Source: Eledone cirrhosa
Taxonomy: Eukaryota
Assembly (NCBI GenBank): GCA_964016885.1
Contig: OZ024741.1
Coordinates: 280,302,001-280,366,000, forward strand
Direction of reading: 5' to 3'
Length of the DNA stretch: 64,000 bases
Part shown: one piece after another, positions 1-13,397 of the stretch
How positions within the stretch are numbered: the first letter of the stretch is position 1
Layout of the letters: the number at the start of each line of letters is the position of its first letter
Notes under the pieces: generated by a model
What the model was told of the DNA's origin: nothing
Database searches by the model: none
The model's input: the letters and a program-made list of their open reading frames with translations, nothing else
Position numbers and translations under genes: made by a program

Positions 1-729
1 AAATTGCTATACTTGTACATTGAGCCCTAGCGAAGACATCGGAAAAAAAAAATTTCAAATTGACCCACCCTATGTGACGAAATCGAATATAATGTATCGA
101 TTTTTGAGCGTAAGTTATCAGTTATTTCCCTTTGTTCTGTTTACATTGAGCGTCTTACGTAAAAAATTACGCTGGCTTTCTCAGCGTTTAAAATGACATT
201 AACACAATACACGAACAGTTGTCGAGCCAGCAAAATATTGACCTGCAAAATTCATCAGTTCGAACACTAAGCTTCCGTTTTGCTTCATTTCCATTTAAAA
301 GCATTTTAAAACAATATTTTTACTTGAAAACAAGTCTATTTAAAGACTACGTAAAACAAGCAAATATTTCAGGCGTGCAGACAGACAGTCGGGCAGAGAG
401 GTGATATAGGCGTGCAGACAGACATAACTGATAATTTGGTTACGCTAATGTTTTTCTCTGCGTTGCAGTGTTTACATTTTCGATCTTTGTTAATAAATAA
501 CCAGTGCAGTTTTTATCCCCAGCATCCTCTTTTGTTATAACATTCGGGTTATCGTTATGTTTTCTTAACTTCATAAGGCATATTGTTGGTTGAGGGAAAA
601 TTAATCAAAAACACCACATGCAAGTCTGCACAGTAGACATTACAGTTTTTAAGCCAAAAAAGAAACTTAACATTGTAACTTTAACACAGCTACTGAGCGA
701 CCCCGAGCAACGCCGGGCTTTACTGCTAG
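1..729 (+). mobile_element. Non-autonomous Helitron, 3' part (5' end not identified)
   Basis: Ends CCCGAGCAACGCCGGG (hairpin)-CTTTACTG-CTAG followed by T, the Helitron 3' signature. A similar GCAACGCCGGG..CTAG end occurs in the copies at 8956 and 28065. Confidence 0.7.
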
Positions 730-1863
730 TATAAGATAAAGTAACTCACTTTCGCCAATTCGTGGCAGATTCTCTTTCATGGTAAAATGTAATGTACTCA
801 TTTTTCTAGCTTTCTAACATCCGCTTATTCCATAGTCCTTCCAAACCTATTTCCTCCTGTATTTTCCAAAACAAATCTCTTGTATTTTGTCCTGATTGTA
901 AAATACGGAAGTTTTTTACGTATCTTACTAAACAAATCTTGTATTTTTGTTTACGTTCGTAAAATACTAGGATCTAACTTAAACCTATTCTTCTCTAAAT
1001 ATCATAATGGAGGGACAAACAGACACAGCTCTTATAGTTTAGATTACAGGATATATTGTTATGATGCTTTTGGTATTTCTGGTTTAAATGAAAAATGAAT
1101 TAAAAAAATATTCCCATTATTTAAGGAATATGGACCATTTTCATATTTTTATCGTCTTCTTTTTTGCTCTTGTTCAATGTGACTAGGGTTATCCTAGGTC
1201 AGCGATCCCTGAGGTGTCATCGTGTGTAGATCTGGCCAGGTCCACTAGTGCCCTCCATTGTCAGCCCCTCTGCACCCCAGAATTAAATTTTTCTAACTGG
1301 AAGGAACATTCTCTCAAGTTCTTTAAAAAAAAAAAAAAAAAAAAAAGGCATAGTTTGTATCCATATATTTTGGTCTTTAATATGCTGTAATGATTTACCG
1401 GTGAATTTGCAGGGTCATTGTATTAATTTAGTCTTTGTTCTCTGATTTCAAATCCCACTGTGGTCAACTTTGCCTTTATCTATTCATGGTTGATAAAAAA
1501 AAAAAAGTACCAATCAAATACTAGGGTCAATTCTTCCTCTGTATCTCTTTCTCTGGAAGAAATTTGCTGTATTCAGACCTGAAGAGGGGCAGGTTTAAAA
1601 AATGCCCTAGAAACAATACAGCATTCCAGACCATACATGCATGCAATGATATACCATAGAATATCTAAAAATGGGTTTGTTAATTCAGATTTGCTTGTTT
1701 CATAAATGTTAGAAAATGGCAAACATTTAAAATCTTTAGTAATTTAAGTCTCTTTTGTTTTTATTACTGCATCAACATGACTTCAACTGTAATTTAACTT
1801 TGGACCTATACTTATTTTTTGTAAGTTTCTAATTTATGAAATCCTTCTGTATTCTATTTTTAG

Positions 1864-2008
1864 CTTCACAACACCAGACCAGGAAGTCAAAGCCCATATC
1901 AGAGTTCTTCTAATATTACCAAAGCTGTGTCAGTATCAAGAAAGACCCGACAGAGACACACATCAAGTGGAAGTAGCAGCAGTAACAATATTGACTCAGG
2001 AGATACAG
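1864..2008 (+). CDS. KDM3: KDM3/JMJD1C-like gene, first exon in window (LHNTRPGSQSPYQSSSN...SGDT)
   Basis: ttctattttttag acceptor, 145-nt open frame, cag|gtagtg donor. The phase-1 end joins exon 14899 in frame (g+gc=Gly). There is no recognisable motif, so the call rests on splice signals and phase. Confidence 0.7.
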
Positions 2009-2467
2009 GTAGTGTGTTAGCTCAACATCATCATTATTACCATTGTTGTCATCATCATTTAACATCTGCAAGTCAGTAATCAAGCAGAGCTACTGACCAT
2101 GTATATGGACTGGAAGCAACAGATTTACATACATAAATTGTGCTCTACCAAGTGCATTTGATCATGGCACCAACACCAAGGAGGTTGTCATGTTTTTGAC
2201 ATGACTGAACACTTCTCTCAATCCTTCGTTTTGCAGATGTTCTACTGTTGGATGCCCTTCTTATTACCAACCACATTACAAAGTGTACTGGGATCATTTA
2301 TCGTGTAGATCACCAACACTAAGGAAATTTTCAACAGTTATCAATTTCTCTTTTGTTTCTAGTCTCTCTCTTGTCTATTATGTTCAAAAGTTTCCATTTA
2401 CTACCCTTCCCATTCTCTCGTCTATCAGCTTACCATTTTTTCTACCACTGTGCTACACAGCCTAACT

Positions 2468-2617
2468 AGGGATGACATTGGATGTCCCCCTATTCAATTT
2501 CTCCCATCACACTGTCTCTATAAGGGATGACATCGTATGTGTCCCCAATTCAGTCTCTCCTCCCATCACAATGTCTCTATAAGGGATGACATTGGATGTC
2601 TCCCAATTCAATCTCAT
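2468..2617. repeat. ~55-60 bp tandem repeat, about 2.6 copies (agggatgacattggatgtcccc...)
   Basis: Units start near 2468, 2523 and 2582. Confidence 0.8.
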
Positions 2618-3467
2618 CTACTATAGTTCTTCTTTATTTGTAGCTACTCCCACCCCATCACTGATTTTTGACACATTATTCTCTCTTAACATCACCTATC
2701 TTCATTGCTACCTATCTCTCCTATCACTCTCTTTCCACATCATGCTGCTTTCTATCCAATCCCTTACCAACAACCATCATCTTTAGTAATTCTCTTTTGT
2801 TTTTACTGCATTAACATAACTTCAATTACAATTTAACTCTGCCCTATATTTATTCCTATATAAAAATAGATTTGTTAAAAGATAAAGTTATTCATATCCA
2901 AGCTATTTCTAATCTAACAGATTTAGTTGAACACATTACAATGTAAAGGGTTTTAAAAGTCATTTTTTATTTAGTATTTACAAAAAGAGATGTTAATAGA
3001 ACAAAAGATCATTTTATATATAGCAAAATGATTACCTCGTGCAATTTTACACAACATAATTCAGACACAATTCACTTGTAAAATTTTAGGATATTTTTTT
3101 TACAAACATATAATTGTTTTCTTTTGTACTTAGCACTTAAATATGCATGTATGTGGATAACATAAAGATATTTTGATATGCGGGCTTGGGCATTTAGATA
3201 GGCATGTTAGCTTGATGATGGGTGTGTGTGAGCACATGTAGATAAACAATGTTATATATGTTTAATATGGGCTGAAAGTTGTTGGATATTCATTCCATTA
3301 GTATATCAAAGTACACATTAAACTAGAAATATGAATCATCATTATTATCATTTTACCTAAGACTTTTCCATGCTGGTGAGTGAGACAGGAGTTTTTGATG
3401 CAATATTTTACAGCCGAATGCCTTTCCTAACACCAACCCTTTTATCGTTTCTTATAATACACAGCAC

Positions 3468-4344
3468 TACAGTGTACCTATTCTAAACCAGGTACCCATA
3501 GCCTAAAAATGTTATATAACAAACACATGGTATTACATAGCACATTCTATTAAATATAATGCAATATCGGTTCACGAACAATGTCTCAAATAACAAACAT
3601 GCAAGCCGGCAACAAAAGTTGCTGACAAGCTGGGATTATCAGCAGGAAAGCGTCACTTGCTGTGTAATTAGTTACTACTAGCAGAAAAACCACCCTTCGG
3701 GTGGTTTTCTGCTAGCATGTGTAGTGTGTATATTGATATTATACACAAGTATATATACATGTAGATATGATACATCAAATAAAATCGTAATTGACAATAT
3801 ACACAGAAATTGAACGAAGACTGCGTTACACTGTCTTATGTAATCAGTAACGTAATCCATGATACATTAAAAAAAGACGATATTATATATAAACTGCATT
3901 AGGAGAAAATTAGTATGTTTATTTAAGCGATCGCCACCAGAAGTGTTGACATCACAGACTCTCTCTTTCTATATATATGGTAGTTGAAGTGATGGTGGTG
4001 GCGACGATATAGTGGAAGTGCAACTTTGAAAAGAAGTCAATTTTAAATTATTTATTTTTACGAAATTATTTTTGTTTACGAAATTTAGTAGATAAATTAT
4101 GTAATATTCATTCATTATTTATTCAAAGTAATCCAACTTATTTTACTAATGGGATAAAAAAAAAAAAACGTACGCAGTCCTGCAGACCTTCCTTTATTAT
4201 AGTTTAGATGGTGATATCTATCTGTCTTTCACACAAAGTCATTTTCTCTCTCTCATTGTATTTCTCTCTCAACATTTCATATGGGGTAAATAGTTTCGGT
4301 TTACGAACATTTCAGATGATGAACAACCTCGAGGTTCTACTGTA
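3468..4344. mobile_element. Degenerate Tc1/pogo(Tigger)-like MITE, with a Helitron nested inside
   Basis: TA-CAGTG..ACCT on the left, CGAGGTTCTACTG-TA on the right, and a repeated subterminal cggtt(c/t)acgaaca motif. Confidence 0.45.
3678..4208 (-). mobile_element. Non-autonomous Helitron
   Basis: The minus strand begins A|TCTAAACTATAATAAAGG and ends with a long hairpin and CTAG|T. Confidence 0.7.
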
Positions 4345-5743
4345 TTAGTGATAGTGTATGTACAGAGGATATGATAGGGGCTAAAGGTTACTTAGAACAA
4401 GTTTCTGTTGCCTTCACCAAGTCTCTGTATATATAAAACTGGAGATATAAAGATACAGGAAACATTATATAGCAAACACATTATTACATAACACATTCTA
4501 CTAAATATTAGTGATACTCTATATACATAGAATTTGATGGGATGGGAGGGAGCTCCTTAGAACATGTTTCTGTTGCTTTTTCCAGATCCGTGAAAGGATT
4601 ATAGTTTGTTACTGCAAAAAAAAAAGAGAGAGAAATCAGTTTCTCCATAACTTGAGCAATTTCCCATATTATCTAGTTAAAATTCCCGATTGCCATTGCT
4701 TAGCTGCCATAGAGGCCTATCTTTCAGCCTAAACTTCAGGAGACAAATTTTCCTGCCCAATGAGATCCAGTCCATAACGCATGCAACTGGAGTTCCATTG
4801 AAGCCGGTGGAGAGAAATGTAAGAATTGCAGGATCTGGTGCGGTAATGTACCAGCTTTAGAGCATTTGATTATCAGAAGGGAAGTAGGTGAAAAGCCAGA
4901 CTCTCTATCTTCAATTTGGTATTTGTGCCAATTCTTACTTATGGTCATGAATCTTGGATAGTGACCAAAAGAATACAATTGTGAATATAAGTGGCTGAAA
5001 TGAGTTTCCTCTGAAGTAATGTTACTCAATAGAGTGCATAGCTCAGAGTTCAGACTGTTATCCTTATTTCACAGCCAGCTATAACTATCAAAGATGTATG
5101 TATTTCTCACTATACAATTTGTTGTAAATAGATCAGGTGCTTCTGTAGATTTTGGTATTTGTACATGAATTGTTGCAGCACTGTTTTTACAGCTGTATAA
5201 CTTTCCTAAACAATTACTACTTAACTGTGTATGAAAGTGATACCCTTTTTTTAAGACTAGCTGTTCTTTTTACTTTTTTGCCATAGCACTTTTGTTGCAG
5301 TTCAAACTGATGACATTTCTGCCTGTAGCACAGCACTTTTACCATTTATGTTCTTTGTCTCATCAAACCAAATTTATCAATTCTTCACTGGATCTGTGAG
5401 ATTTCAGTCTTGTTTTTTATTTTCAATACATATTGAGAAAATACCTAATTTTTTTTTTATATTAGTGTGTCTGACTATACTTAGACATAAAAACAAAAAA
5501 TTATATTGTATGGTTGTTGGTCATGTGGTGAAATATTTTAATCTACATGTTTTGAGATAAATAATTACTTATCAAAAATAAAAACAGCAAATTAACTCTT
5601 TCATTATCATATTTCTAATGAAATAAGGTTTTCAAATAACTTTGAAAATAATAAATAATTTGGAGTGATTTAGTAATGCAACTGATCTTCTTGTTATTTA
5701 GCTAGTTTGGATTATAACTTAACAAAGGTTCTTACTTAAAATT

Positions 5744-6510
5744 ATAATTGTTTCTACTTTTGGCACAAGGCCAGTACATTACTGGTACTTTATTTTATCC
5801 ACTCCGTAAGGATGAAAGGCAAAGTTAACTTCGACGGGATTTGAACTCGGATCATAAAGGGACGTAACTCTTTGCGTCAAAGCATGGCATCCGACCCTCT
5901 ACTGATACTGCCAATCCACCGCCCTTACATAAAATTATAATTGTTTCTACTTTTGGCACAAGGCCAGCAATTACCCAGTGCATTACTGGTACTTTATTTT
6001 ATTGACCCCGTAAGGATGAAAGGCAAAGTTAACCTCGGCGGGATTTGAACTCAGACCGTAAAGGGATGTAACTATGCTAGAAAGCATGGTGTCCAACCCT
6101 CTACCGATACTGCCAATTCACCGCCCTTAAATAATTGTTTTTACTTTAGGCACAAGGCCAGCAATTAGCCAGTGCATTACTGGTACTTTATTTTATCGAC
6201 CACGTAAGGATGAAAGGCAAAGTTAACCTCGGCGGGATTTGAACTCGGATCGTAAAGGGACGTAACTATGCTAGAAAGCATGGTGTCCAACCCTCTACCG
6301 ATACTGCCAATTCACCGCCCTTAAATAATTGTTTTTACTTTAGGCACAAGGCCAGCAATTAGCCAGTGCATTACTGGTACTTTATTTTATCGACCACGTA
6401 AGGATGAAAGGCAAAGTTAACCTCGGCGGGATTTGAACTCGGATCGTAAAGGGACGTAACTATGCTGGAAAGCATGGTGTCCGACCCTCCACCGATACTG
6501 CCAATCCACC
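5744..6510 (-). mobile_element. Head-to-tail array of four OK-like tRNA-derived SINEs (~194-bp period)
   Basis: Each unit has A/B-box-like motifs (TGGCAGTATCGGTAGA; GAGTTCAAATCCC) and the core GCCTTTCATCCTTACGGGGTCGATAAAATAAAGTACCAG. TAAAATTATAAT occurs at 5737, 5930 and 6511. Confidence 0.9.
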
Positions 6511-6751
6511 TAAAATTATAATGAAAGATATTTAGATGGATATAAACACTTTAAAATAAACATCTTAAAAATTGTAAAAGCAGAAGTTTCAGGTAGTTTG
6601 GTATCTAAAGGGGTTAACAACATTAAAGTTTATAATAATTACCATATTACTCAAATATAAGCCGACTCCCTGTTTTATGTTTGAGAAGGCAGAGAAATAG
6701 GCAAAAATCCAAACCTCATTTATAAGCCAAGGCAATTTGATATAAAATGAG

Positions 6752-6967
6752 TTAACACTTTAGCATTTACATTACTCTATATTTACTATTACATTTTCAC
6801 AGTAAAGGCTTTATCTCACATAATATTGAATCTATGAGATTTTAATGTTATTTATTTTGAGAACCACACCTTAACGTCATTATGAGCAGCCAGTTACAGC
6901 CTGTTTGAACAGAAAGAGGTGAGAGAATTCTGGCCGGATATGGCCGGTTTAAATGCTAAAGGATTAA
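6752..6967. mobile_element. piggyBac-type MITE (~215 bp, TTAA target)
   Basis: TTAA-CACTTTAGCATTTA ... TAAATGCTAAAGGA-TTAA. Same family at 11749-11964, with partial copies near 10873, 12200-12314, 20002 and 47090-47280. Confidence 0.75.
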
Positions 6968-8439
6968 GTAAGGTTTGAAGTTGTGATCATTAGCATAACA
7001 CCTTTACACAACAAACATTGTACCTCAAGCTTTGTAACAAAAAATTCCATATTGGCATTTCTTAAATTCAAGAAATGAGAGTAATAAGGAACAAAAAGTG
7101 TTGTATCTAAATGTTAACTATGTGTTATGCAAGCGAAGTAGCTTCTCACATGGAGTTTCTGATGATGCAATAACTGGGAGTTGTTAAGTTATCTAAACTA
7201 TTTATAAGGAAGAAGTGTCTGATGTGAAAGGGCAATAGATTGTGAACAATATGGTAATGTTACACAAGTAAATATAGAAAGCAAAGGTCACAACCTATAT
7301 ATAGTGTGACCTCTACAGATACATACACATTGCTTTCACTTTGCTCTCATTCAGGAGATATAAATGAACTATTATGTTATCAGTAATGTTTAAGTGGTGA
7401 AAAATAATGTTTTCCTGATATAGAATTCAGTATTTACTCATCAAAGTCTTACAATGAGATAAACAAACAAACAAAATAGTATTTACTCTAAGTAATTAAT
7501 TAACCTGTTACAAAAAAAACTAACTTCCCTGAATACAATCTGCTACTTGACACCTGCTTATCTCAAATATAACATGACCAATACAGACAAGAATTATCAC
7601 AGATAACAAGGCAACCTGATTGTAAGATTCAACCAATGCCATCTAATAAAGATTAAAGTGTTTATATTTATGTAAAAACCTTTATGTTCCAAATATCAGC
7701 TTATTAATAAGAAAGTTATATTACTAAATCTCTCCAAATTTTTGATATTTTTACAAAATTATTTAAAAATCATAGGCAGTGTCTTTCGTTGGAAATATGG
7801 TTGTGAAAGGGTTAATGCCGTAGGCAGTGTCTTTTATTAGAAATATGGTAATGAAAAGGTTAATGACCTAGGCATTTTTTTTAAAATTTACTCAGTCCAA
7901 ATAAGTTTAACCATTTCAGGTCAGCATTGCTAATGAAATACACACCCAGTTTCAGTTAATTCATGAAGAATTTGGGAGGATCTACTAAAGTTATTAATCA
8001 TTTCATTACTGAGATGCTAAGTTAACATATGGTTCTTGTGTGAAATTCTGTTGATAGATTTTAATTTAAACAGGGACTCTTAAAAATGGGTAATTTGGTT
8101 CCTGGTTCAGCTGAGATGGTGTTAAAAGGGTTAATATGACAATTCAAACACAAAGAAAGTCTAATTAGTAGTTCAGTTTTTTGTAACTGACAAACTGATT
8201 GGCAATAGTTGGTATGGGCATTTGATGCACTTGCTGGGTAACGAAATGCCAGTGGAAGGAGGCTGCAGTAGAGGTAGACCTGAGCAGAGGAGGTGAGAGC
8301 TAACCTCAAATTACTGAGACTCACAGAAGATACGATGAAGGAACACATGTGAAGAGATGTTGTACTGAAAAGGACCTGTCCAACCCATGCAAATGTGGAA
8401 AAACAGGGTTTCCGGGTCTCTTGTCCTGAAAGTCTTCTA

Positions 8440-8760
8440 AATCTAATCCATTAGTTGTCTGCACATTGCCGTCATTTTGGTGATGTGTGTATGAAATGAT
8501 GCGTCATTGTTCATGTCAACACCCAGGTCCTGTATTGATTTTGACTTTGGGATTTTGATTCCTCCTGCTCCAGTGTAGCTTTGTTGTGGTGGTCCTATAT
8601 TTGTGAGTTGATAGCAGAGGGCTTGAAATTTACCTGCATTAAATTGCATATTGTTGTCTTCAGCCCATATATGGCATCTAAATCATGTTGTAAGAGAGTT
8701 GCATCAACAAGTTTCTTGATTGCTATGTTACTGTAAAATGAAATACAGTAATGGCTAAGG
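8440..8760 (-). pseudogene. CR1/Jockey-clade LINE reverse transcriptase fragment
   Basis: Frameshifted translation LLQHDLDAIY..NNMQFNAGKFQAL..IQDLGVDMNNDASFHTHI matches the C-terminal RT region of CR1-like ORF2. Confidence 0.8.
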
Positions 8761-8955
8761 ATAATTGAGGGGTCAAGTAGCTGTACATAAAATATTGTCA
8801 TCAAGGAATGATTAAATTAGTATTTTTTATTATAACATCGTCAGTTTTGCTAGGTACTATGTTAGTGTGGGTGCATATATATATTGTATCAATACATATT
8901 TAATGTTTGATGATCACATTTCTCTTTCCATTAAAAAGGCATATTTTATATTATA

Positions 8956-9810
8956 CTAGCAGTGGTTCCCGGCGTTGCATGGGATAAGGTATTTTGGAAC
9001 ACGGGCCGCTAACAGACCTAATCATGGAAAAACTGCATGCCTGGACAATATGTAAAGAAAATAAACCTAATACTCTGATAGCTGGATAATCTTTAAGATT
9101 TTCCTTGATGAAGCAGGAAAAATGCAGGTTTTCACCTAATGCGGGCCCTAAGAGATCAAGAAAATGATTCTTTTTTATGTGCATAATATGCCTTTAAATT
9201 TTTGGGAAAATCGGCTAGACGTAACACCTCCTAAAAGCCTAAAAAGCTGAAAAAATGAAGTTTTTCACCTAATGCGGGCCCAGGCCATAAAAAAGTTGGA
9301 TTTTCTTTGCTCACGGTATGAAGAAGAGACTGACTAATACATAGTTACAATTTCAAGGAAATCGGTCTGACGTAACGCCTCAAAAAAACCCCTAAAAAGC
9401 TTTTAAAATGCAGTTTTTCACCTAATGCAGGCCCTAGGAGATCAAAAAGTTGAAACATAAGTAATACACATGTAAAGTTTGAAAAAAATCGGTTGAGTAC
9501 TTCTCGAGTTTTAGGGATTTAAACACACACACATCCTCAAGGAAGTGATGTGATGCAGACAGATAGCCAGCCATACAGACATATTATAAGGGCGTTATAT
9601 GTATCTATCTAAAAAGAGAAAGACTAAGAATTATAGAGAAAGATCGCTAAATTGCCTAACGCGGTCCCTAGGTCATTGAAAATTTGAAAAAAATTTTGCT
9701 CAGAACACTCCCAAAGTTTGAAAACAGTCGGTTGGGTGCTTCTCTAGTTTTAGGGATTCAAACTCACACACACACACACAGACAGACATCCTCAGTTTTA
9801 TATATATAGA
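8956..9810 (-). mobile_element. Non-autonomous Helitron (family A)
   Basis: Minus strand reads A|TCTATATATATAAAACTGAGG...CCCATGCAACGCCGGGAACCACTGCTAG|T. Shares termini with 28065-28666 and has internal ~130-bp repeats (tttcacctaatgcgggccc). Confidence 0.85.
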
Positions 9811-9980
9811 TATTCTGATTACTTTTGTAACTTGACATATGCATTACATTATATAATTAATGTTGTTTTCTATAATATTCTTACATAAGTGTGCTCTGGA
9901 GTGGGTTTTTCCAAATCTTACTTCCATTGAACTATTTACAGAATGATGAAATCGAGATGTTTTTATTCCGATTTATTTTA

Positions 9981-10018
<38 letters not shown>

Positions 10019-10684
10019 TGTAGTTCCTGTCTGTCTGTCTGTCTGTTCGTTTGTTTGTTCACGAACTCCTATGGTTTTGGAGATAGACCCCCACCCCCAC
10101 CCATAACCACATATATTCTGAAACTACATTGCCCAGGGTTCTTGGATAAATATATTTCATTTTAATCAAGGGGTTCCCGGGGGCAAACCTCCACTGAAAA
10201 CCCCTGCTGAAAATGTTTTCCCTTCGATTTATATGAAATTTAAACCATCGGTAAATGACAAGATATGATACCTCTTCACAAAATATTAGCAAATTTCAAT
10301 AATATTAAGACACCCTAATGGGGGTTAAGCCCCCTATTAGGATTTCCCGGGGGCACAAACCCCTGCTGAAAATTTTTTCCCTTTGATTTATATGAAATTT
10401 AAACCATAGATAAATGAAAGATATGATGCCTATTCACAAAAGTTTTGAATTGATATTTTGAAAAAAATTATTTACAAGAAACAAAATGAAAATAAGATTT
10501 AATGTAATTTTGATTTGATATATTACAAAAAATGTTTTCCAATTTTTCATGCATTACATTTTACATTGAGTAATATTGAAATGCAGAGTTTTTCTCCATA
10601 AATTATATCATTGATTTAGAATCAATCATCATTTTCTTACAAAGAAATGTGTGAAACGCAGCAAGGCGTGGGTAATTCAGCTAG
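9981..10684 (+). mobile_element. Non-autonomous Helitron (family B)
   Basis: A|TCTATATA...AAAGTTGTAG at the start and ACGCAGCAAGGCGTGGGTAATTCAGCTAG|T at the end. A homologous copy lies at 32204-32778 on the minus strand. Confidence 0.85.
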
Positions 10685-10964
10685 TATATATATATATATA
10701 TATATATATATAACTATATTACATGATATTTTGCATGTTTCAGCAGACAGGCTGAGGCCATGCTGGGACACCACCATATATATATATATATATATGTGTA
10801 TGTATATAGTCATATATCATGAGAGAAACACATAGTATTTTGTACATATATATTTAGAAAACAGTATATACTTTAACTCTTTAGCATTTAAACCGGCTAT
10901 ATCCGGCCAAAATTCTGTCACCCCTTTCTGTTCAAGCCGGCTGTAACTTGCCGCTCATACTGAT

Positions 10965-11095
10965 GTTTGTACACAGGCTGGATTACTGACGATCCCGAAG
11001 AATCCGCAGAACTTATTGCTGAATGCTATGCAGGCATTTTTTCTGTTGAAAATCAAAATGTACCATCTCTACCACTTCTGACAAGTACCAGTCAT
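10965..11095 (+). pseudogene. LINE ORF2 fragment (endonuclease-RT linker)
   Basis: ITDDPEESAELIAECYAGIFSVEN resembles the CR1/Jockey 'd..ka..l..yf.svF' motif. Confidence 0.5.
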
Positions 11096-11169
11096 ACACA
11101 GGGGTCGATTAAATTGACTTTCCCCTCTCGAAAGTTGCTGGCTTTGTGCCTAAACCAGAAACCATTAGA

Positions 11170-11530
11170 CGCATAGAGTTACGGCCCTTGCCATTCTGAG
11201 TTCAAATCCCGCCAAGGTTAACTTTGCCTTTCATCCTTACGGGGTCGATAAAATAAAGTACCAGTAATGCACTGGGATAATTGCTGGCCTTGTGCCAAAA
11301 GTAGAAACAATTATTATTATTAGTAGTAGTAATAGGTGGTGGTTTGGCAGTATCGGTAGAGGGTCGGACAACATGCTTTGCAGCACAGAGTTACGCTCCT
11401 TTCTGATCTGAGTTCAAATCCTGCCGAGGTCAACTTTGCCTTTCATCCTTACGGGGTCGATAAAATAAAGTACCAGTAATGCACTGAGATAATTGCTGGC
11501 CTTGCGCCAAACGTAGAAACAATTATTATT
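11170..11530 (+). mobile_element. Two tandem OK-like SINE copies
   Basis: Same consensus as the 5744 array but in the opposite orientation, with (TTA/TAG)n tails. Confidence 0.85.
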
Positions 11531-11748
11531 AGTAGTAATTCTAATTTAAACACAAGGCCAGGGATTATATGGGGGATAGGAAAGTCAATTATATTGGCTC
11601 TCAGTATTTGACTGGTACTTTATTTCATTAACACCAGATAGATAATAAGAGAGATATATTACTAAATCCCACCAAATTCTTGAATATTTTCAAAATTATT
11701 TGAATATCATAGACACTGTCTTTCTTTAGAAATATGGTAATGAAAAAT

Positions 11749-11964
11749 TTAACCCTTTAGCATTTAAACCGGCAGTTTCCAGCCAGAATTCTCTCACCTC
11801 TTTCTGTTCAAACCAGCTGTAACTAGCCACTCATACTGATATTAAAGTATTGATCTCAAAATAAATAATATCAAAATCTCTTAGATTCGATATTATGTGA
11901 GGTAAAGTGTTTACTGCAAAAATACAATAGTAAATATAGAGGAATGTAAATAATAAAGGGTTGA
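11749..11964. mobile_element. piggyBac-type MITE
   Basis: TTAA-CCCTTTAGCATTTA ... AAAGGG-TTGA. Reverse-complement homolog of 6752-6967. Confidence 0.75.
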
Positions 11965-12782
11965 AGTGTTTATATTTATCTACCAAAACCTCCATCATAA
12001 TTATATCTAAGAACCTTTGTTATATTCCAAACACCAACTTAACAATGAGAAAGTTAGTTATATTACTAAATCCCTCCCAAATTCTTGATTATTTTCAAAA
12101 TTATTTGAATATCATAAACAGTGTCTTTCTTTAGAAATATTGTAATGAAGGGGTTAAAAGAGGAAAAAATACAAACACAAAATGAACAAGCAAAAGGTAT
12201 TGTTCTCAAAATAAATAATATCAAAATCTCGTAGATTTGATATTATGTGCGATAAAACTTTTACTATGAAAATATAATAGTAAATATAGAGTGATGTAAA
12301 TGCTAAAGGGTTAAGGTGGAAAAATTGTTTCCCTTATGGTGACCATTTCATAGTCCCTAGAACTGGATTGAAATTCGATCTAAGTAATAGATCATCGATT
12401 ACCAATTATCGATTTTGGTATAGCTCTAGACGATGGGAAACTAATCGTCAGAGAAAATTGTCTTGTTATAAGTTCCAATCCAATAGGATACAAAATACCT
12501 TTATTTATATCTGTCATGTTCCAAGAAGTAATCAATCAATACTGCGTGGTGTGATTTAATTTTTCTCTAATGATATACGGCTATATTATACATATATTGC
12601 ATATATGACCATTACGTCCATTAAGCTTGTTTGCTAAGAAACATATTCATCATACATATGTTATGATACTTTAAATTAGTATATATATAAACTCATGTTT
12701 TTAATGGAAAGGCATTGGGTATAGAATCGATTGATTCAGGTTATCTGATAACTATAGCTTCCATTATATTTCTCTCTCTCTC

Positions 12783-13350
12783 TCATCACCGTTTAACGTC
12801 TGTTTTCCACGCTTCCATGGGCTAGATGAGTTGTTCATGTTATGATACAAATCTGGCCAGTTGGCCACACTGTACCCTGCTGAAACGGAACTGTATTTTG
12901 GCTGGGATTTTTACAGCTAGATGCACTTCCTAACACCAACCACATTTGCAATGTGGAACTGGATGGCACCGTTATGAGGAGGGTCTGCCCAGTTGGCTGC
13001 GTCGTACCCTGCTCATAGTGGAACCATATTTTGGGAGCTGAGTTGTCCCATTATGAGGGAGGTCTGTCCAGTTGGCCATGCCATGCCTTGCACATAGTGG
13101 AGCTGTGTTTTGGCTGGATATATATATAATCATTGTTTAACATGTATTTTCCATGCCCTCTTGTCTTAAAGAAGTTTTTAGGAGGCTAGCCTTGTCAGGT
13201 GACCATATCTTGCTCATACAAATCTGTTTTGGGCTTGGTTTTCTATGGCTGGATGCCTTTTCTAATGCCAACCACATAGCAATATGGACTGGAAGTTTTT
13301 TTTTGTAGCACTACCACTACCATTTTACAGGGTGGACTGGGTGCTTATAT
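12783..13350 (-). mobile_element. RTE-LINE 3' UTR / RTE-tailed SINE fragments
   Basis: catcaccgtttaacgtc tail and the gctggatgccyttcctaacaccaacc motif, as in the 3' UTR of the RTEs at 57060-57180 and 58150-58303. Confidence 0.7.
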
Positions 13351-13356
13351 GTATTT

Positions 13357-13397
<41 letters not shown>

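Noticed and set aside
3678-3715. Hairpin as a rho-independent terminator
   Set aside because: The DNA is eukaryotic, and the hairpin sits at a Helitron CTAG end.
5744-6510. Regular array as a CRISPR or tRNA gene cluster
   Set aside because: Units are whole ~190-bp SINEs with no unique spacers, the context is a eukaryotic intron, and there is no complete cloverleaf.
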